Virus record (IMG/VR): IMGVR_UViG_3300037167_000001
Span: 1-42,100 of that record
Length of the DNA: 42,100 nucleotides
Reading direction: 5' to 3' (one strand)
DNA from: a virus
Lineage: Duplodnaviria; Caudoviricetes
A program made the position numbers and the translations under genes. Positions 17,601-27,229 of the stretch are shown piece by piece. The notes beneath the pieces are model-generated. The model did not search any database. It was not told where the DNA came from and saw only the letters and a list, made by a program, of their open reading frames with translations. The stretch's first letter is position 1; each line of letters begins with the position of its first letter.

Positions 17601-19935
17601 AGGAACGGAACATATCCCCCTGCGAATATTTATTCCATCCCTTAAGATTTCGGTGAACACCCTTACCCGCTACAGCGGATGTGCTCTTAGCCTTCTTAAT
17701 AGGCGTAACCCACGGGTACTTTTTAAGGTCCTGAGGATCTACCAGGTTCTTAATAACTGAATCTGACAGTGTGCCTCGTACGTCACTAATAAGAGTAGGA
17801 GTAACTGCAGGAATTGGGTGTTCTAGGATACTAGTATCACCCTTAGCAGCATCCGCAATAATCTGGTCTACTGGCTTAACACCGTCCCAGACTGTAGGTG
17901 CAGGACCTTTAATACGTTCTAACTGAGCTACTTCATCAGGATTAAGGACTCGTCCAAATTCATTTACAGTCGGTGTTGCGGGTACCTTGGGACCTGTTGC
18001 TTTAAGAATTTCCTGCGAGCGCTTAAGTAAGTCTTCTGAGTCTTTAGCACCCACAGAGGCCAGTAGCTTCTCCCATGCCTTATCTGGAATGAGTCCGTCT
18101 TCATGGGCCTTAACTACCTCCTGTAGCGTCTTGAAATTACCCGCAACAGTTTTAGTAGAGAGTTTCGCTACACGGGCTGTGAAATCCTCAGGAGTCTTAG
18201 CTGCCTTGAGATACGCAATTTCTCTAGGAGTAAGTTTGTCCGTGTGCTGTAATCCCCAGTTAATAATCTCAGCAGGAGACAATTTAGTAGTAGATTTAAC
18301 CTGCTTCTGAACAGTCTCAAAAACAGTCTTAGTTGTGGCGATAGCTTTCGTGGGAGGATTCTTAACGAAGTCAAAAACACTCTCAGTCGGTGCTTTAACT
18401 ACACCCAGGTCCTTTAGGTACTGCTCAACTGGTACAGTTTCACCCTTGGCGTTAGTTAATGTAGAGCTAGCAAAATCTCCAGGTACCTTGCCAGTCTGCA
18501 ACATTTTCACAGTCTGTGCATGAGTAAGACCTAAGTCTTTTCCTGCCGGAGTCTTCACGCCAACTAGTGGAAGCTTGCGTAATTTCCGAGGGTCCTTAGC
18601 AATTGCTACAGTTTCTTTATTAAGGATACGATCAATATTTGCAGCCTGCTCAGGATTTTCCTTCGCTACACGAAGCATATCTCCAACAGTATGACCACCG
18701 GCAACAGTAACTTTATAGGCAGGATTCTGTAGTAGCGCCATCTTAACTGCGCGCTTTTTAGCTAATTCCGGACTTGGTGGTTTAGGTGCTTCCACCACAG
18801 GCGCTTCTGCAGGCACCTGGGTGACCTCAGAAACGGTCTTAGGCACTCGCTCAGATACAGAGCTAGTAGTTTCCTTGAATAGTGGTGCAACTTCAAGATT
18901 CGGGTGTGCAAGTCTAGGAGTCTGCCCAACTAAATCTACAAGAGAACCAGCCTGAGCCTGATTAGCTAATGCTGCTGGGTCTACCTTCGGAGCTTCAATA
19001 AAAGGCTGACTAGCTAAATTCTGCTGTAACTTCTCAGGTGTTTGCGCATATCCTGGAGCTTTAACACCTGTAGCGGGTGCTGCTTCTGCAGCAATTTGTG
19101 CGTCTAATTGTTCCGGAGTCTTGGCCCAAGAACTTACATCAGCAGCAGGTAACTTTGCTAAAAGATCTGTCGCTACAGGGGCTGCTTTTTCTCCTGCTTT
19201 TAATCCCTGAACAAGTTCACCAGTTTTACCTAAGACTTTACCGATACCGCCAGGAGTAACATAGCTAATAGGGTCAGCTACGGTATCCAACATAAGACGT
19301 CCAGCAAACTGCTGTACCTTATCAACAACACCCGTAGGCGTGTTCGTAAAAACAGAATCTGCAGGAGTAACTGTATTATTGAGTGTTGCACCTTGCCAGA
19401 AATCATGGAGAGCGTTACCAGTTAGACCCTTTGTCTTATCTGAAGATAACTGGGTGCCCATTCCTTTCGGGTTTAAATAAAACTTCCAGGCATTAGCAAT
19501 GTCAGGGTTACCTGCTTGTACTGCACCAAGACCGTACAGTGGACGCTCTAGATTCTGAATTACAGTCTTGACAGGACCACTATTTATAGCACTTTTAGCC
19601 AAGTTGATGATCTGAGTATTGGGGTTAAACTGTCCCCAAGGTGTAGGACTGTCAGGCCCTAGCCAATACTTCCAGTCATGCGGAACATCGGGTGTTGAAA
19701 CTTCCCCATTAGGATGATTGAACTGCTGTGCTGAATTATTGGCGTGCATCGCCTCCAGAGCTAATGACTGCGCAGAAGGCGCGCTTACGCCTACTCCTCC
19801 GCCGTTGCGGGAAGCAAGAATATTTTGATATTCCGCGTTAAGTTGCGGTGCCATATTAACGCGGTACTGGAGGACAGCTGCCAACTGCTGCATATAGCTA
19901 TTCAGCATTGACGCTGGAAGCGGTGCTTTCGCCAT
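14650..19935 (-). CDS. Very large internal virion/DNA ejection protein, 1761 aa
   Basis: Size and position after the nozzle and pilot-like genes; C-terminal LTSFERQVMRRLIPFYSW resembles podoviral large internal proteins. Confidence 0.65.
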   Translation of the reverse strand: MAKAPLPASMLNSYMQQLAAVLQYRVNMAPQLNAEYQNILASRNGGGVGVSAPSAQSLALEAMHANNSAQQFNHPNGEVSTPDVPHDWKYWLGPDSPTPWGQFNPNTQIINLAKSAINSGPVKTVIQNLERPLYGLGAVQAGNPDIANAWKFYLNPKGMGTQLSSDKTKGLTGNALHDFWQGATLNNTVTPADSVFTNTPTGVVDKVQQFAGRLMLDTVADPISYVTPGGIGKVLGKTGELVQGLKAGEKAAPVATDLLAKLPAADVSSWAKTPEQLDAQIAAEAAPATGVKAPGYAQTPEKLQQNLASQPFIEAPKVDPAALANQAQAGSLVDLVGQTPRLAHPNLEVAPLFKETTSSVSERVPKTVSEVTQVPAEAPVVEAPKPPSPELAKKRAVKMALLQNPAYKVTVAGGHTVGDMLRVAKENPEQAANIDRILNKETVAIAKDPRKLRKLPLVGVKTPAGKDLGLTHAQTVKMLQTGKVPGDFASSTLTNAKGETVPVEQYLKDLGVVKAPTESVFDFVKNPPTKAIATTKTVFETVQKQVKSTTKLSPAEIINWGLQHTDKLTPREIAYLKAAKTPEDFTARVAKLSTKTVAGNFKTLQEVVKAHEDGLIPDKAWEKLLASVGAKDSEDLLKRSQEILKATGPKVPATPTVNEFGRVLNPDEVAQLERIKGPAPTVWDGVKPVDQIIADAAKGDTSILEHPIPAVTPTLISDVRGTLSDSVIKNLVDPQDLKKYPWVTPIKKAKSTSAVAGKGVHRNLKGWNKYSQGDMFRSLVNKVNRETYTTGLTGKALSAHLKLRSQLMFSRVMAAMNFSEAAFKQEGVKFIAGDQNEGLMLSLMDVLNNLDERTVKKALFTRGRNAVNIHVTKFLDAAANYAQAALHGGNMDLAHEANLVLFSTAGKGEVLGDAAKTAAEMDKAVRLALPKILQRINANYAEQSIKIGESVKSMTDTVVHNVITKFTNPNISMGEAFGDLVTRQADMQAIGSKLKAPVEANGLAKVIGDSELNAEGIVPSALSEAAHAKKLAAGTPEEIRTGGVALQRDRALEAVTDATPAEMDPVNLSDLYFTQMSQGIFRANAPLENKLLALTDKFGRAFYAPFKHADMHYMVHEAHNVTQNFSQFHRGLMSAAQSSANKLAAEEALRTGVPNVGLAKEKLAEAFKLLQQGTAATDPAMAELMDTMKQSTDILFNGGKNAVGSFAVRNGFFADHLNSVMDFYGVPKDFRFTSGKPMIDQANVWRTWENMDDPLDTLDKIHAAFQRATVDVTVGRDLSRVAEDHPWVSTVAKPGFSKVVDKKGVSTIFQFMDPNLYYANEIIKQIPYADRFINNKVFRDDALLRMYDTVLHKWKASVTYYNPTHHVRNIIGDMGLSFLAGVTNPRVYTKAAEIMRTRASSYRDWDSFEALLAGSEAMTKPSSKTITVMMKGVKQKVSYDAVFRGAFRKGLLPGYQVLEDTAFRESQLLDNVIKPFGGRVQKVAGGLSQARDHWVRMAHFTDALEKGNFLNIEHAFDEAGKVVRKWHPDGSDLTSFERQVMRRLIPFYSWFRKAIPLVVEAAVMKPGRFVAIPKASYELAQTMGIDPNSIYDPFPADRLFPSWLRDNILGPQWSVGQNLFGANPGDPVSDLGSSYLGAQGPQQVLGSLTPALRIPMEIGMGSGNNYAKSLGTGSDIPTASEYWTQQLPIISQAGRFTNTDPLAGFAPNRQVQKGNEAPGTNEQAILNWLTGMGIKNYTKPNYVKSAQFELKDNLRRAAQGG

Positions 19936-19937
19936 GG

Positions 19938-21080
19938 TTATTGCCCTTGATATCCGTAGCTATAACCCTGCCCATAGCTGGGCTGAGTCTGAGGCTTCAT
20001 CTCATTAAAAACCTCACTTGCAAGGCTTTGAAGTTCCCCATCAGACAACGACCGAATAGTAGGGTCGGTATTCTGATTCTTTGCAGAAATAACTTTAGAG
20101 ATAAACTGTAGAGGATTCTGAATACTATTAGGGTCGACACTAAGAACTAAGTTAACTGCAGCACTAGCTTTATTAGTATCTGAACCGTACAGCTTACTTG
20201 CTATACCATAAACCTTGTCCATAGGGCTAGACTGTGCATACGCAGAATTCTGCGCAGCTGTATTCCCAGTACCATATCGAAGACCTGCAACTTCAAGCTT
20301 AGTCTGTGAATCGAGCTGATCAGACTGAGCCTTAGCCATCAAATTAGCAAGAGCCTGCTGCTGGCTAACCCAACTACTCTGGTACTGTCCAGCCAATTGC
20401 TGAGCTGCTGCAGCTTGTGCAGACTGCACCTGTAGCGCCTGATTATTAAGGCTATTAAGCGAGCTAGTAAGATTCTGCTGATTCTGCCAGCGATTCTGTG
20501 TACCAGCAGCATTAGATGCGTTGGCTTGTTCAGTATTATAAGTCTGAGCACCTTTTTGTTCTTGACTTGCAGCATTCTGAGCACCAACGTTATTAGCAGC
20601 TAAAACACTCTGCAGAAAAGCACCCTGGTCAGCATTCTGCTGTAACGTACGTGGATCTGAGGCCGCAGCCTGAATGCCAAGTTTCTGCATTAAGCCTGCA
20701 ACTTCGTTATTCGCGTTAGAATAATTGTTTCCGATTTGCTGCTGACCGGTATTATACGCACCAGAAATACTGTTCTTTTCATTGTTATATGCAGTATTAA
20801 TACCGCCAACTTGATTATTAATACCGCCTACTAATGCTCCATACATTGCCTTTAATGCTGCGTCTGCCTGAGCAGACTTGGTAGTTGCCTGAGACTTCAT
20901 ATTGTTAATTGCCTGGTACTGTGGTGCATAAATACTTGCTACTTGACCTGCAGCATTACCAGTAAAATCAGGAGACTGCTGCCCTAAAATAGCAGCAATA
21001 ATAGCGTTAGGGTCTTGAGGCTGCTGTTGCACTTCTAGTTGATTTGCTGCTTGGTTAGAAGCAGAAGGGTTACCAGCCAT
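19938..21080 (-). CDS. Gln/Ala/Asn-rich putative ejection (pilot) protein
   Basis: Low-complexity helical composition and synteny; start MAGNPS at 21080. Confidence 0.6.
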   Translation of the reverse strand: MAGNPSASNQAANQLEVQQQPQDPNAIIAAILGQQSPDFTGNAAGQVASIYAPQYQAINNMKSQATTKSAQADAALKAMYGALVGGINNQVGGINTAYNNEKNSISGAYNTGQQQIGNNYSNANNEVAGLMQKLGIQAAASDPRTLQQNADQGAFLQSVLAANNVGAQNAASQEQKGAQTYNTEQANASNAAGTQNRWQNQQNLTSSLNSLNNQALQVQSAQAAAAQQLAGQYQSSWVSQQQALANLMAKAQSDQLDSQTKLEVAGLRYGTGNTAAQNSAYAQSSPMDKVYGIASKLYGSDTNKASAAVNLVLSVDPNSIQNPLQFISKVISAKNQNTDPTIRSLSDGELQSLASEVFNEMKPQTQPSYGQGYSYGYQGQ

Positions 21081-21081
21081 T

Positions 21082-21759
21082 TTATAGTCCGAACTGAGCT
21101 GCTCGACGCTGAATAGCGTTCTGCTTGGCATTTGTTTCAGTTAACTGCTGCTGATCCTGGAAATTACCACGGTCAGTTGCAAGATTCGCAATGTAGTTAG
21201 ACTTGGCAGTATCCATATCAGACTGACGACGAGCGTAGTCACCAACTAGATTAGACAAGTCTTTACCATAAACACCAGACAAATACATACCCCGAGAAGC
21301 ATAATCGTTGCCTTGGTCCTCAAGACCACGAGTCTTTTGAATACCAAGGTCATTCACACGAGTAGCATAGTCAGTGGTATACTGGTTCTGAGCTACGCCC
21401 TGCTGTGCAATATAGTCAGTAAGAGCTTTCTTTAATGCAGCTTCCTGGCTCTGATAAGTAGAGTCTTGATTAAGCCAGTCATTAATACTCATCGGTGGAG
21501 CTGCAGGAGCTGCTGCGGGCGCAGCATAACTAGAGCCCCCCCCGCCACCGCCACCTCCTGTAGAACCTCCACCGCCTCCTCCACCGCCCCCACCTCCACC
21601 AGAACTAACAGTTCCAGTTTTACTCGTCTGAGTAACAGGCTGCATTGCTGGAGCAGGAGAACCAAAAAGAGAAACTGTCTTAGTTCCTGGCTTATACGGG
21701 CTAGGTAAAGGGGCAGGCACGATTGGCTTCGTGTTACCCTTATCCATGTAGGTAGCCAC
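21082..21759 (-). CDS. Putative internal virion protein with a poly-Gly linker
   Basis: Gly tract at about 21535-21600, followed by a helical domain. Confidence 0.6.
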   Translation of the reverse strand: MATYMDKGNTKPIVPAPLPSPYKPGTKTVSLFGSPAPAMQPVTQTSKTGTVSSGGGGGGGGGGGGSTGGGGGGGGSSYAAPAAAPAAPPMSINDWLNQDSTYQSQEAALKKALTDYIAQQGVAQNQYTTDYATRVNDLGIQKTRGLEDQGNDYASRGMYLSGVYGKDLSNLVGDYARRQSDMDTAKSNYIANLATDRGNFQDQQQLTETNAKQNAIQRRAAQFGL

Positions 21760-21989
21760 TACACAACACTCCTATTCCATGCAGCCGACGCATAGTCTCC
21801 GGACATTCCTGCCTTGAGTCGCTGCAAAATTGCATTTCTACGGGCATTAGCCATCAAATCTCGTTGCGCATAACCAGAGGGATCTACCGAACCAATTGTA
21901 GGCATCGGTCTTCCTCCTCCATATGATTTAGCACCGGCTGCGAACGGATTAAATCCCCCTCCACCGATGTCTACGCCGTTATACATCAT
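21759..21989 (-). CDS. Small hypothetical virion-region protein
   Basis: GGAG RBS; coupled to the next gene. Confidence 0.65.
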   Translation of the reverse strand: MMYNGVDIGGGGFNPFAAGAKSYGGGRPMPTIGSVDPSGYAQRDLMANARRNAILQRLKAGMSGDYASAAWNRSVV

Positions 21990-21998
21990 GGGCGTCTC

Positions 21999-23507
21999 CT
22001 AGTTAACAGTCTTAGGAACTTGTTCCTTCACAGCCACAACAGGTGTAAGGCTATAAACCTTAACCGGATTTAACCAATCAGACACAGTGAAATCAAGAAT
22101 AAAATACACATTCCTGAACCGAATAGACTTCATAATCTTAATGAACTTACGTACAGGTCCTGGTGCAGTAACCTGCTCATGGATTGAAATATCTGTCTCA
22201 GACGGTCTAGCCCATGTATTGGAAGTTACCTGAGCCCACGTAAACGCTGCCATTTGAGCCCAAGTAACAGAAAAGTTATAAATAACAGGAACTACATAAC
22301 AGTCTACAGTTCCATTAAAGAAAGCGTCTGCACCCCACCAGTACAACTTCTTAAACATGTTGGGACTATTTAAATCATAAATCTTAGTTTCTAACCGTGC
22401 ATGAACCCCTGCTTCAGTTCTAGCAGGATCATACCCATCTTTAAAGGTATAAGTATGAACATCCGCTACAGAGTTGGAATTGCACACATAAGTAGCGTCG
22501 GCTCCGGCAATTGCACTATTAGGCTGATAGTAGGGTCTTGCAACCTGTGTAGCGAGTACCCATTTAGACCACGTACGTGTAAATAGATAAAATACATACA
22601 AATTACCATAATAGAAAACAAGGACTCTATTCCCTATTAAAGATACCCATATATCTGTGGAATATGTACCAGAAGAGTTATTTACAATAGATACTCGAAT
22701 ATTCGTCTTATTAAATGTATAGTTAATTAGCTCATAGAGATAATCACCATAAAATAAGTACAAGATATTCTCGTACTGGACAACGCATCTAATACCTGCT
22801 ACACCGATTGTCTTAGACACAGGGTTAATAACACCCTTATTCGGTGCTGAGTCATATTGTAGAACAAACGTTGCGTTCTCTTTGAATAAATAAAGGTTGG
22901 TACTCAATGAATAAATATCAATGAGTTTTTGTCCATCTCCTTTATTTACATCAATGAAGTCAGCACCATTCCAAGTAGTACCGTCTGCAATTGCTGAGAA
23001 GAAAAGTCTTGATCCATTTGTAGTTTCTAAAGGACCTGCCGCAATCCATAATCTTTCTTTGAAGATTGAAATTGCAGAGCCTTTAGGCATTGTAGGAATA
23101 GCTGTAAATCCACCAGATGGACTCCATGAACCTCCAGGATTAGCACTTCCAGGAGGAGCAGGTAGCCACATTTTGTCTAAATATTGAACACCTGCATCAG
23201 GAGCGTAGGTATTTGTAATTAAAGTCCAAGCACCACTAGTTCTATAGTATAGAGCAGAAGTAGTAGCACCTAGCAAGTATGAAGCACCAGTTAAATCTGT
23301 AAAAAATCCGATAAAGTCTACATTTTGACCCGCTACAGGGCCAGTCGTACCATCAACTGTAAATGGAGGACGAGAAATTAGAGTACCATCTACATCGAAA
23401 TCAAAGTTTTGACATACTGCTAATTCCTGGTCTTTAATCGCCGTAGGGTCACTGAAGTTATTAAGACCCCCGGTAAAGGGTCCTAATTTCAGCATATTCC
23501 CTGGCAT
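21999..23507 (-). CDS. Tail nozzle/tubular protein B-like (head stabilisation) protein
   Basis: N-terminal FTGGLN...N.DFD.DG.L..RP, ERLW...RLFFS and beta-rich composition; follows the adaptor. Confidence 0.7.
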   Translation of the reverse strand: MPGNMLKLGPFTGGLNNFSDPTAIKDQELAVCQNFDFDVDGTLISRPPFTVDGTTGPVAGQNVDFIGFFTDLTGASYLLGATTSALYYRTSGAWTLITNTYAPDAGVQYLDKMWLPAPPGSANPGGSWSPSGGFTAIPTMPKGSAISIFKERLWIAAGPLETTNGSRLFFSAIADGTTWNGADFIDVNKGDGQKLIDIYSLSTNLYLFKENATFVLQYDSAPNKGVINPVSKTIGVAGIRCVVQYENILYLFYGDYLYELINYTFNKTNIRVSIVNNSSGTYSTDIWVSLIGNRVLVFYYGNLYVFYLFTRTWSKWVLATQVARPYYQPNSAIAGADATYVCNSNSVADVHTYTFKDGYDPARTEAGVHARLETKIYDLNSPNMFKKLYWWGADAFFNGTVDCYVVPVIYNFSVTWAQMAAFTWAQVTSNTWARPSETDISIHEQVTAPGPVRKFIKIMKSIRFRNVYFILDFTVSDWLNPVKVYSLTPVVAVKEQVPKTVN

Positions 23508-23508
23508 A

Positions 23509-24162
23509 CTACATGTCCTCTTGCATCACAACAACTGTTGGATAATACCGGTCACTTCCATAGTCAGATTCAATCTCACCAAGGTCCGACTTAAGCTGAG
23601 TTCTCTTCTGAGTAACACCCTGCCAGTCATCATCTAATTCATAAGCCTGCTGCATCACGAAATTAAGAAGCGACTGGAAATAGATATCAGGTAATGATAG
23701 CGCATCTGTTAAAGCTGTAACTGTAGCAGGTTGAATAACGCAATAAAGCTTAATTGTATCTCCGCTTGCAGTTGGCGGAGGATATAGAATAACTGCATCG
23801 TCCCAGTCATACCAAAGTACAGGAGTTCCGCCTTGGATAGGCTGTCCAATACCTGTCTTACTGAGAATTAATTCCTGTACTTCATTAAACTGTCGAAGCT
23901 CTAATGGAACACCATTATAAAATAATGCTTCGATACTAATAATATTCACACCAGGAAGATTATAGGTATCCTGGTTCGCTACAGACGGTGTCGTTGTAGT
24001 AGTTTTATTCCACTTCTGCTGACGAGTAAGCTCTAGTTGGCCTAGATTTACCCATCGAATGATATCTGTGTCAGTAATCTGAGCACCAGACTCATCCCCA
24101 AACTGACGCTTAACTGACGTAGCCACATCACTTACTAGTTTAGTGGCAGCCGCAATAGGCAT
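23509..24162 (-). CDS. Head-tail adaptor (tubular protein A-like)
   Basis: TDTDIIRWVN, YNLP and LYPPP pattern; synteny. Confidence 0.7.
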   Translation of the reverse strand: MPIAAATKLVSDVATSVKRQFGDESGAQITDTDIIRWVNLGQLELTRQQKWNKTTTTTPSVANQDTYNLPGVNIISIEALFYNGVPLELRQFNEVQELILSKTGIGQPIQGGTPVLWYDWDDAVILYPPPTASGDTIKLYCVIQPATVTALTDALSLPDIYFQSLLNFVMQQAYELDDDWQGVTQKRTQLKSDLGEIESDYGSDRYYPTVVVMQEDM

Positions 24163-24172
24163 TTAAACCACC

Positions 24173-24610
24173 TTACCGGTAGATGCGACCATTATGCCTA
24201 TAATAGTTCTTTCCCTTAAGAATCGACATAGCCAGATCTCCATTAGCCTCTGCCTGCTCTGCCTGCTTCTTAAGCTTCATTGCTTCTCTAGCATCTTCCA
24301 TAGCCTGAACTCGGCTCAGAACGTCCTTACCTCCACGAGCTTGGTCATTCATCCAAATCCATGCGATAAGATCGGCGTTAACTTCATTCTCTCGAACTTT
24401 ACGAACAATATATTCAGGATGTCCCTCAGGACGATGAAGAATCGCAAATGGAAACTCTTCGTTAAACGCACGCTTATCCGGCGGAATCCATACCAAGAAT
24501 AGCGTAGGTTCATAGTCATTAATTAACTCGGCGACATGCCTATGCTCTTCTGAGATAAAATGACCTACCTCAGAGTCGAGAATATAAGCATTACTTAGAT
24601 CAACACTCAT
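24173..24610 (-). CDS. Hypothetical protein
   Basis: Lies in the structural operon, coupled to the previous gene. Confidence 0.75.
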   Translation of the reverse strand: MSVDLSNAYILDSEVGHFISEEHRHVAELINDYEPTLFLVWIPPDKRAFNEEFPFAILHRPEGHPEYIVRKVRENEVNADLIAWIWMNDQARGGKDVLSRVQAMEDAREAMKLKKQAEQAEANGDLAMSILKGKNYYRHNGRIYR

Positions 24611-24999
24611 TATAGATTATCCATGAATGCGTTAATAGTCGCCACCGCTGTAGTGGGACCACCTGTAGTAATATGCCGAATTCGATGCACACGACCTACT
24701 AATTTGGCAAGCGCTAACCCAGGTCCTACATCAAAAGTCACAATACCTGTAGAAGGAGTCGTGTTTGGAGCAGAAATAGCTGCAGGTGCCGATAACTGAA
24801 CCCAAGTTAGTCCATCAGCAGATAAACGTTCTAAAATAAACTGGACAGTAGGTGCTGCTCCACCGGTCAGTGCTGTAAGAATACAATCAATCGAAACAAT
24901 ATCTGCGTTACGAAAATCCATCTGGAAGTCTACTGCAGGTCCTGCCGCAGATACGTCAATCCCTAATTTGCTGTACGCTGCTTGGGTTTCTAATACCAT
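24610..24999 (-). CDS. Putative virion/capsid decoration protein
   Basis: Beta-rich, Ala/Thr-rich protein directly downstream of the capsid gene. Confidence 0.55.
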   Translation of the reverse strand: MVLETQAAYSKLGIDVSAAGPAVDFQMDFRNADIVSIDCILTALTGGAAPTVQFILERLSADGLTWVQLSAPAAISAPNTTPSTGIVTFDVGPGLALAKLVGRVHRIRHITTGGPTTAVATINAFMDNL

Positions 25000-25023
25000 C
25001 TTAATACCCTCTCAAGGCATAAG

Positions 25024-25059
25024 AAAAGGGGTCGGGCCGCATAGGACCCGGCCCCTTTT
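25024..25059 (-). terminator. Intrinsic terminator after the capsid gene (symmetric)
   Basis: AAAAGGGGTCGGG...CCCGGCCCCTTTT. Confidence 0.8.
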
Positions 25060-25073
25060 CCAAGGACTAGATT

Positions 25074-26270
25074 TTAGCCTTCGGTTAGATCCTGGATTTC
25101 ACCGTGGGTATTACGACGGTGGGTGCCAAGCTCAACATACTGGTACATAGTTGCAGAGTAACCATCTGTGGTAGCACTACGCAGCCACATTCCGCCGTCA
25201 CGATCCATGAAGGACCAGTCAGCATCCTGGTAAATCTTAAGTTCACCCTCATTAATGAACTTAAGAGCGTTAGGACCAGCAAGAGTGTCCACAACCATGG
25301 GAATATCACCCTGGTCAGTGGTGAATGCAAGACCACTGAAACCGCCAGCGAATTCCTGGGTGTTAGTCATACGCCGCTGCTGGCTTAACAGGTTGAAGTA
25401 TGCACGCCGAACACCGAGGTTAGTAAAGAGTGCAGTAACTTTGCCACCACGAAGACGAATGGTGTCGACCATGTTAATCATAAGGCCCTCAGAGAGAGGA
25501 CGGTTAGTACCGCCGTTAGCATCAATATTTGCAGTCCACTGTGCATCTGTAATGTTATACAGTGCACCAGAGGTCTGTAAAATTGCGCCAAAACCCGTGA
25601 TTTCACGCTGAGTCGAGAGAGTGGCAGTACCTACGTTACCAGTACGAACGAGGTAGTCACCAATAGCAGAAGTGACGTTAGCACCAGAATAAGTAACAGT
25701 AGTTGCAGTAACTGCAGTAATCGTACGGGCAGTTGCCCTGTTAGTAACACCAGTAGAGTCGTAGTGGTCTACGATCATACCAATCTGGAGCCAGTAGTTG
25801 TGCTTAATGTTGAACGTTGTTGCAGTTGCAACGTTCGTAATAGTAGCTACTGCACCAGTACCGTTACCGTAAACCTGACGGTTGAAGTCCACAGCAAGGT
25901 CACGCTTAAGACCCTGCATTTCCAGGTCTAGGGCAGAAATGAAAGCCTGCTGATTAGTCTTAGCAAGCTCGAAAGTCTGACCAGAAAGCTGAACTGCACC
26001 GTATAGGTACTTAAGCGCTACACGTGCTGCAAGAGTCGTCTGGTTACCAGCAACAGGAAGAGTTTCAAGTTCCTGACGTGCACCAAGACCAGGGTTACGA
26101 GCAGTCAGAACTGGGAATACAACGTACTTTCCACCGACATCAGAAGTAACACCATCAGAAGTACGAGTAACCCGCTTTACGGTAGTCATCTCGTCATTAA
26201 GCTGCAGCCGAAGACTAGCCTCGTAAATTTCCTTAGTGATTGCACTGATGGTCGTCATAGTGGCGCCCAT
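25074..26270 (-). CDS. Major capsid protein
   Basis: 398 aa after the scaffold; E.ETLP.AG, LKRDLAVDFNRQVYGNG and C-terminal RRNTHG.I.DL; followed by a terminator. Confidence 0.85.
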   Translation of the reverse strand: MGATMTTISAITKEIYEASLRLQLNDEMTTVKRVTRTSDGVTSDVGGKYVVFPVLTARNPGLGARQELETLPVAGNQTTLAARVALKYLYGAVQLSGQTFELAKTNQQAFISALDLEMQGLKRDLAVDFNRQVYGNGTGAVATITNVATATTFNIKHNYWLQIGMIVDHYDSTGVTNRATARTITAVTATTVTYSGANVTSAIGDYLVRTGNVGTATLSTQREITGFGAILQTSGALYNITDAQWTANIDANGGTNRPLSEGLMINMVDTIRLRGGKVTALFTNLGVRRAYFNLLSQQRRMTNTQEFAGGFSGLAFTTDQGDIPMVVDTLAGPNALKFINEGELKIYQDADWSFMDRDGGMWLRSATTDGYSATMYQYVELGTHRRNTHGEIQDLTEG

Positions 26271-26273
26271 TTT

Positions 26274-27188
26274 TTACTCCTTAAAGGCTTGCGTAAGCAT
26301 CTCGCCCATTAACTTCTTGCGATTGCCTTCGCTCAGTTTGGCAGGATCAAAGTTATTCGCAGGCGTCGCACCAGAAGGAGTAAGAACAGGGGGAGCCGAA
26401 CTATTTGCTGTAGGAGTAGCCCGAATACGATTATAAGCCTGCTCGTACATAGCAACCGCTGTACCGAGGGCTTTATCTGGATTTTCTCCAGCATTAATCT
26501 TACTCATCGCTACACCAAGCACATAGTTCGTGTCAAGGTCTTGATTATACTTAGCCTTAAATGTCTGCTGTGCAGTCATTAAAGTAGAATCTAACCAGAC
26601 ATTTGCTGCTCGTTCTGTCTCCTGAACCTGCTGCTGCTGCAACATTTGCACTACTTGCTGCTGACTCTGTGCAAGTGCCTGGAACCTGGGATCTTTCTCC
26701 AGATCAATTCCAGGATCGGCGAATTCGCCTAAATCCTGAGTTCCAGGCTGTTGCTGATTTTGTGGCGCCTGGCCCTGCCCACCTGTATTAATCCCCAAGA
26801 AGTTAGCAAGTTCGTTGTAAAGTCGCTGAGGGTCTGTATTCAGAACCTGGAATAACTGTAGCCCTGCCTGAATCTGATCAGGTGGTACGTTATTCTCAAC
26901 GAACTGCTTATATGGGTTATACTGTGAGTGTACCTGCTCCAATTTCTGACTTACACCCTGGTCCCACTTTTCAAGGGTAGGGCGAACTGCATCATGCAGA
27001 GACTGCGGAACTGCAGAAAGAATTTCATTCCATGCAGGGTGACCGCCAGAAGGTGCCGCCGGGGTAGTATCTACTGGCCCCGAAGTAGGTGGTGCTGAAT
27101 CTAACGTCGGAGCGGAGTTACTATCAACATTTGCAGCATCAAGTGCTGCTTCAAATGCTGCCGACGGTGCAACTGAAGACTCACTCAT
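26274..27188 (-). CDS. Scaffolding protein
   Basis: Pro/Gln-rich helical protein between portal and capsid. Confidence 0.7.
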   Translation of the reverse strand: MSESSVAPSAAFEAALDAANVDSNSAPTLDSAPPTSGPVDTTPAAPSGGHPAWNEILSAVPQSLHDAVRPTLEKWDQGVSQKLEQVHSQYNPYKQFVENNVPPDQIQAGLQLFQVLNTDPQRLYNELANFLGINTGGQGQAPQNQQQPGTQDLGEFADPGIDLEKDPRFQALAQSQQQVVQMLQQQQVQETERAANVWLDSTLMTAQQTFKAKYNQDLDTNYVLGVAMSKINAGENPDKALGTAVAMYEQAYNRIRATPTANSSAPPVLTPSGATPANNFDPAKLSEGNRKKLMGEMLTQAFKE

Positions 27189-27229
27189 TTTTCATTCTTT
27201 CCGCGCTGTACTGTTAAGCCCTGGCGCTA

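Noticed and set aside
14650-19935. Tape measure protein call for the 1761-aa ORF
   Set aside because: No tail tube or chaperone genes lie upstream, and the neighbours are adaptor-, nozzle- and pilot-like, which fits a podoviral ejection protein better.
21535-21602. CCN-rich tandem repeat
   Set aside because: It is explained by a poly-glycine linker with varied codons in the minus-strand gene.
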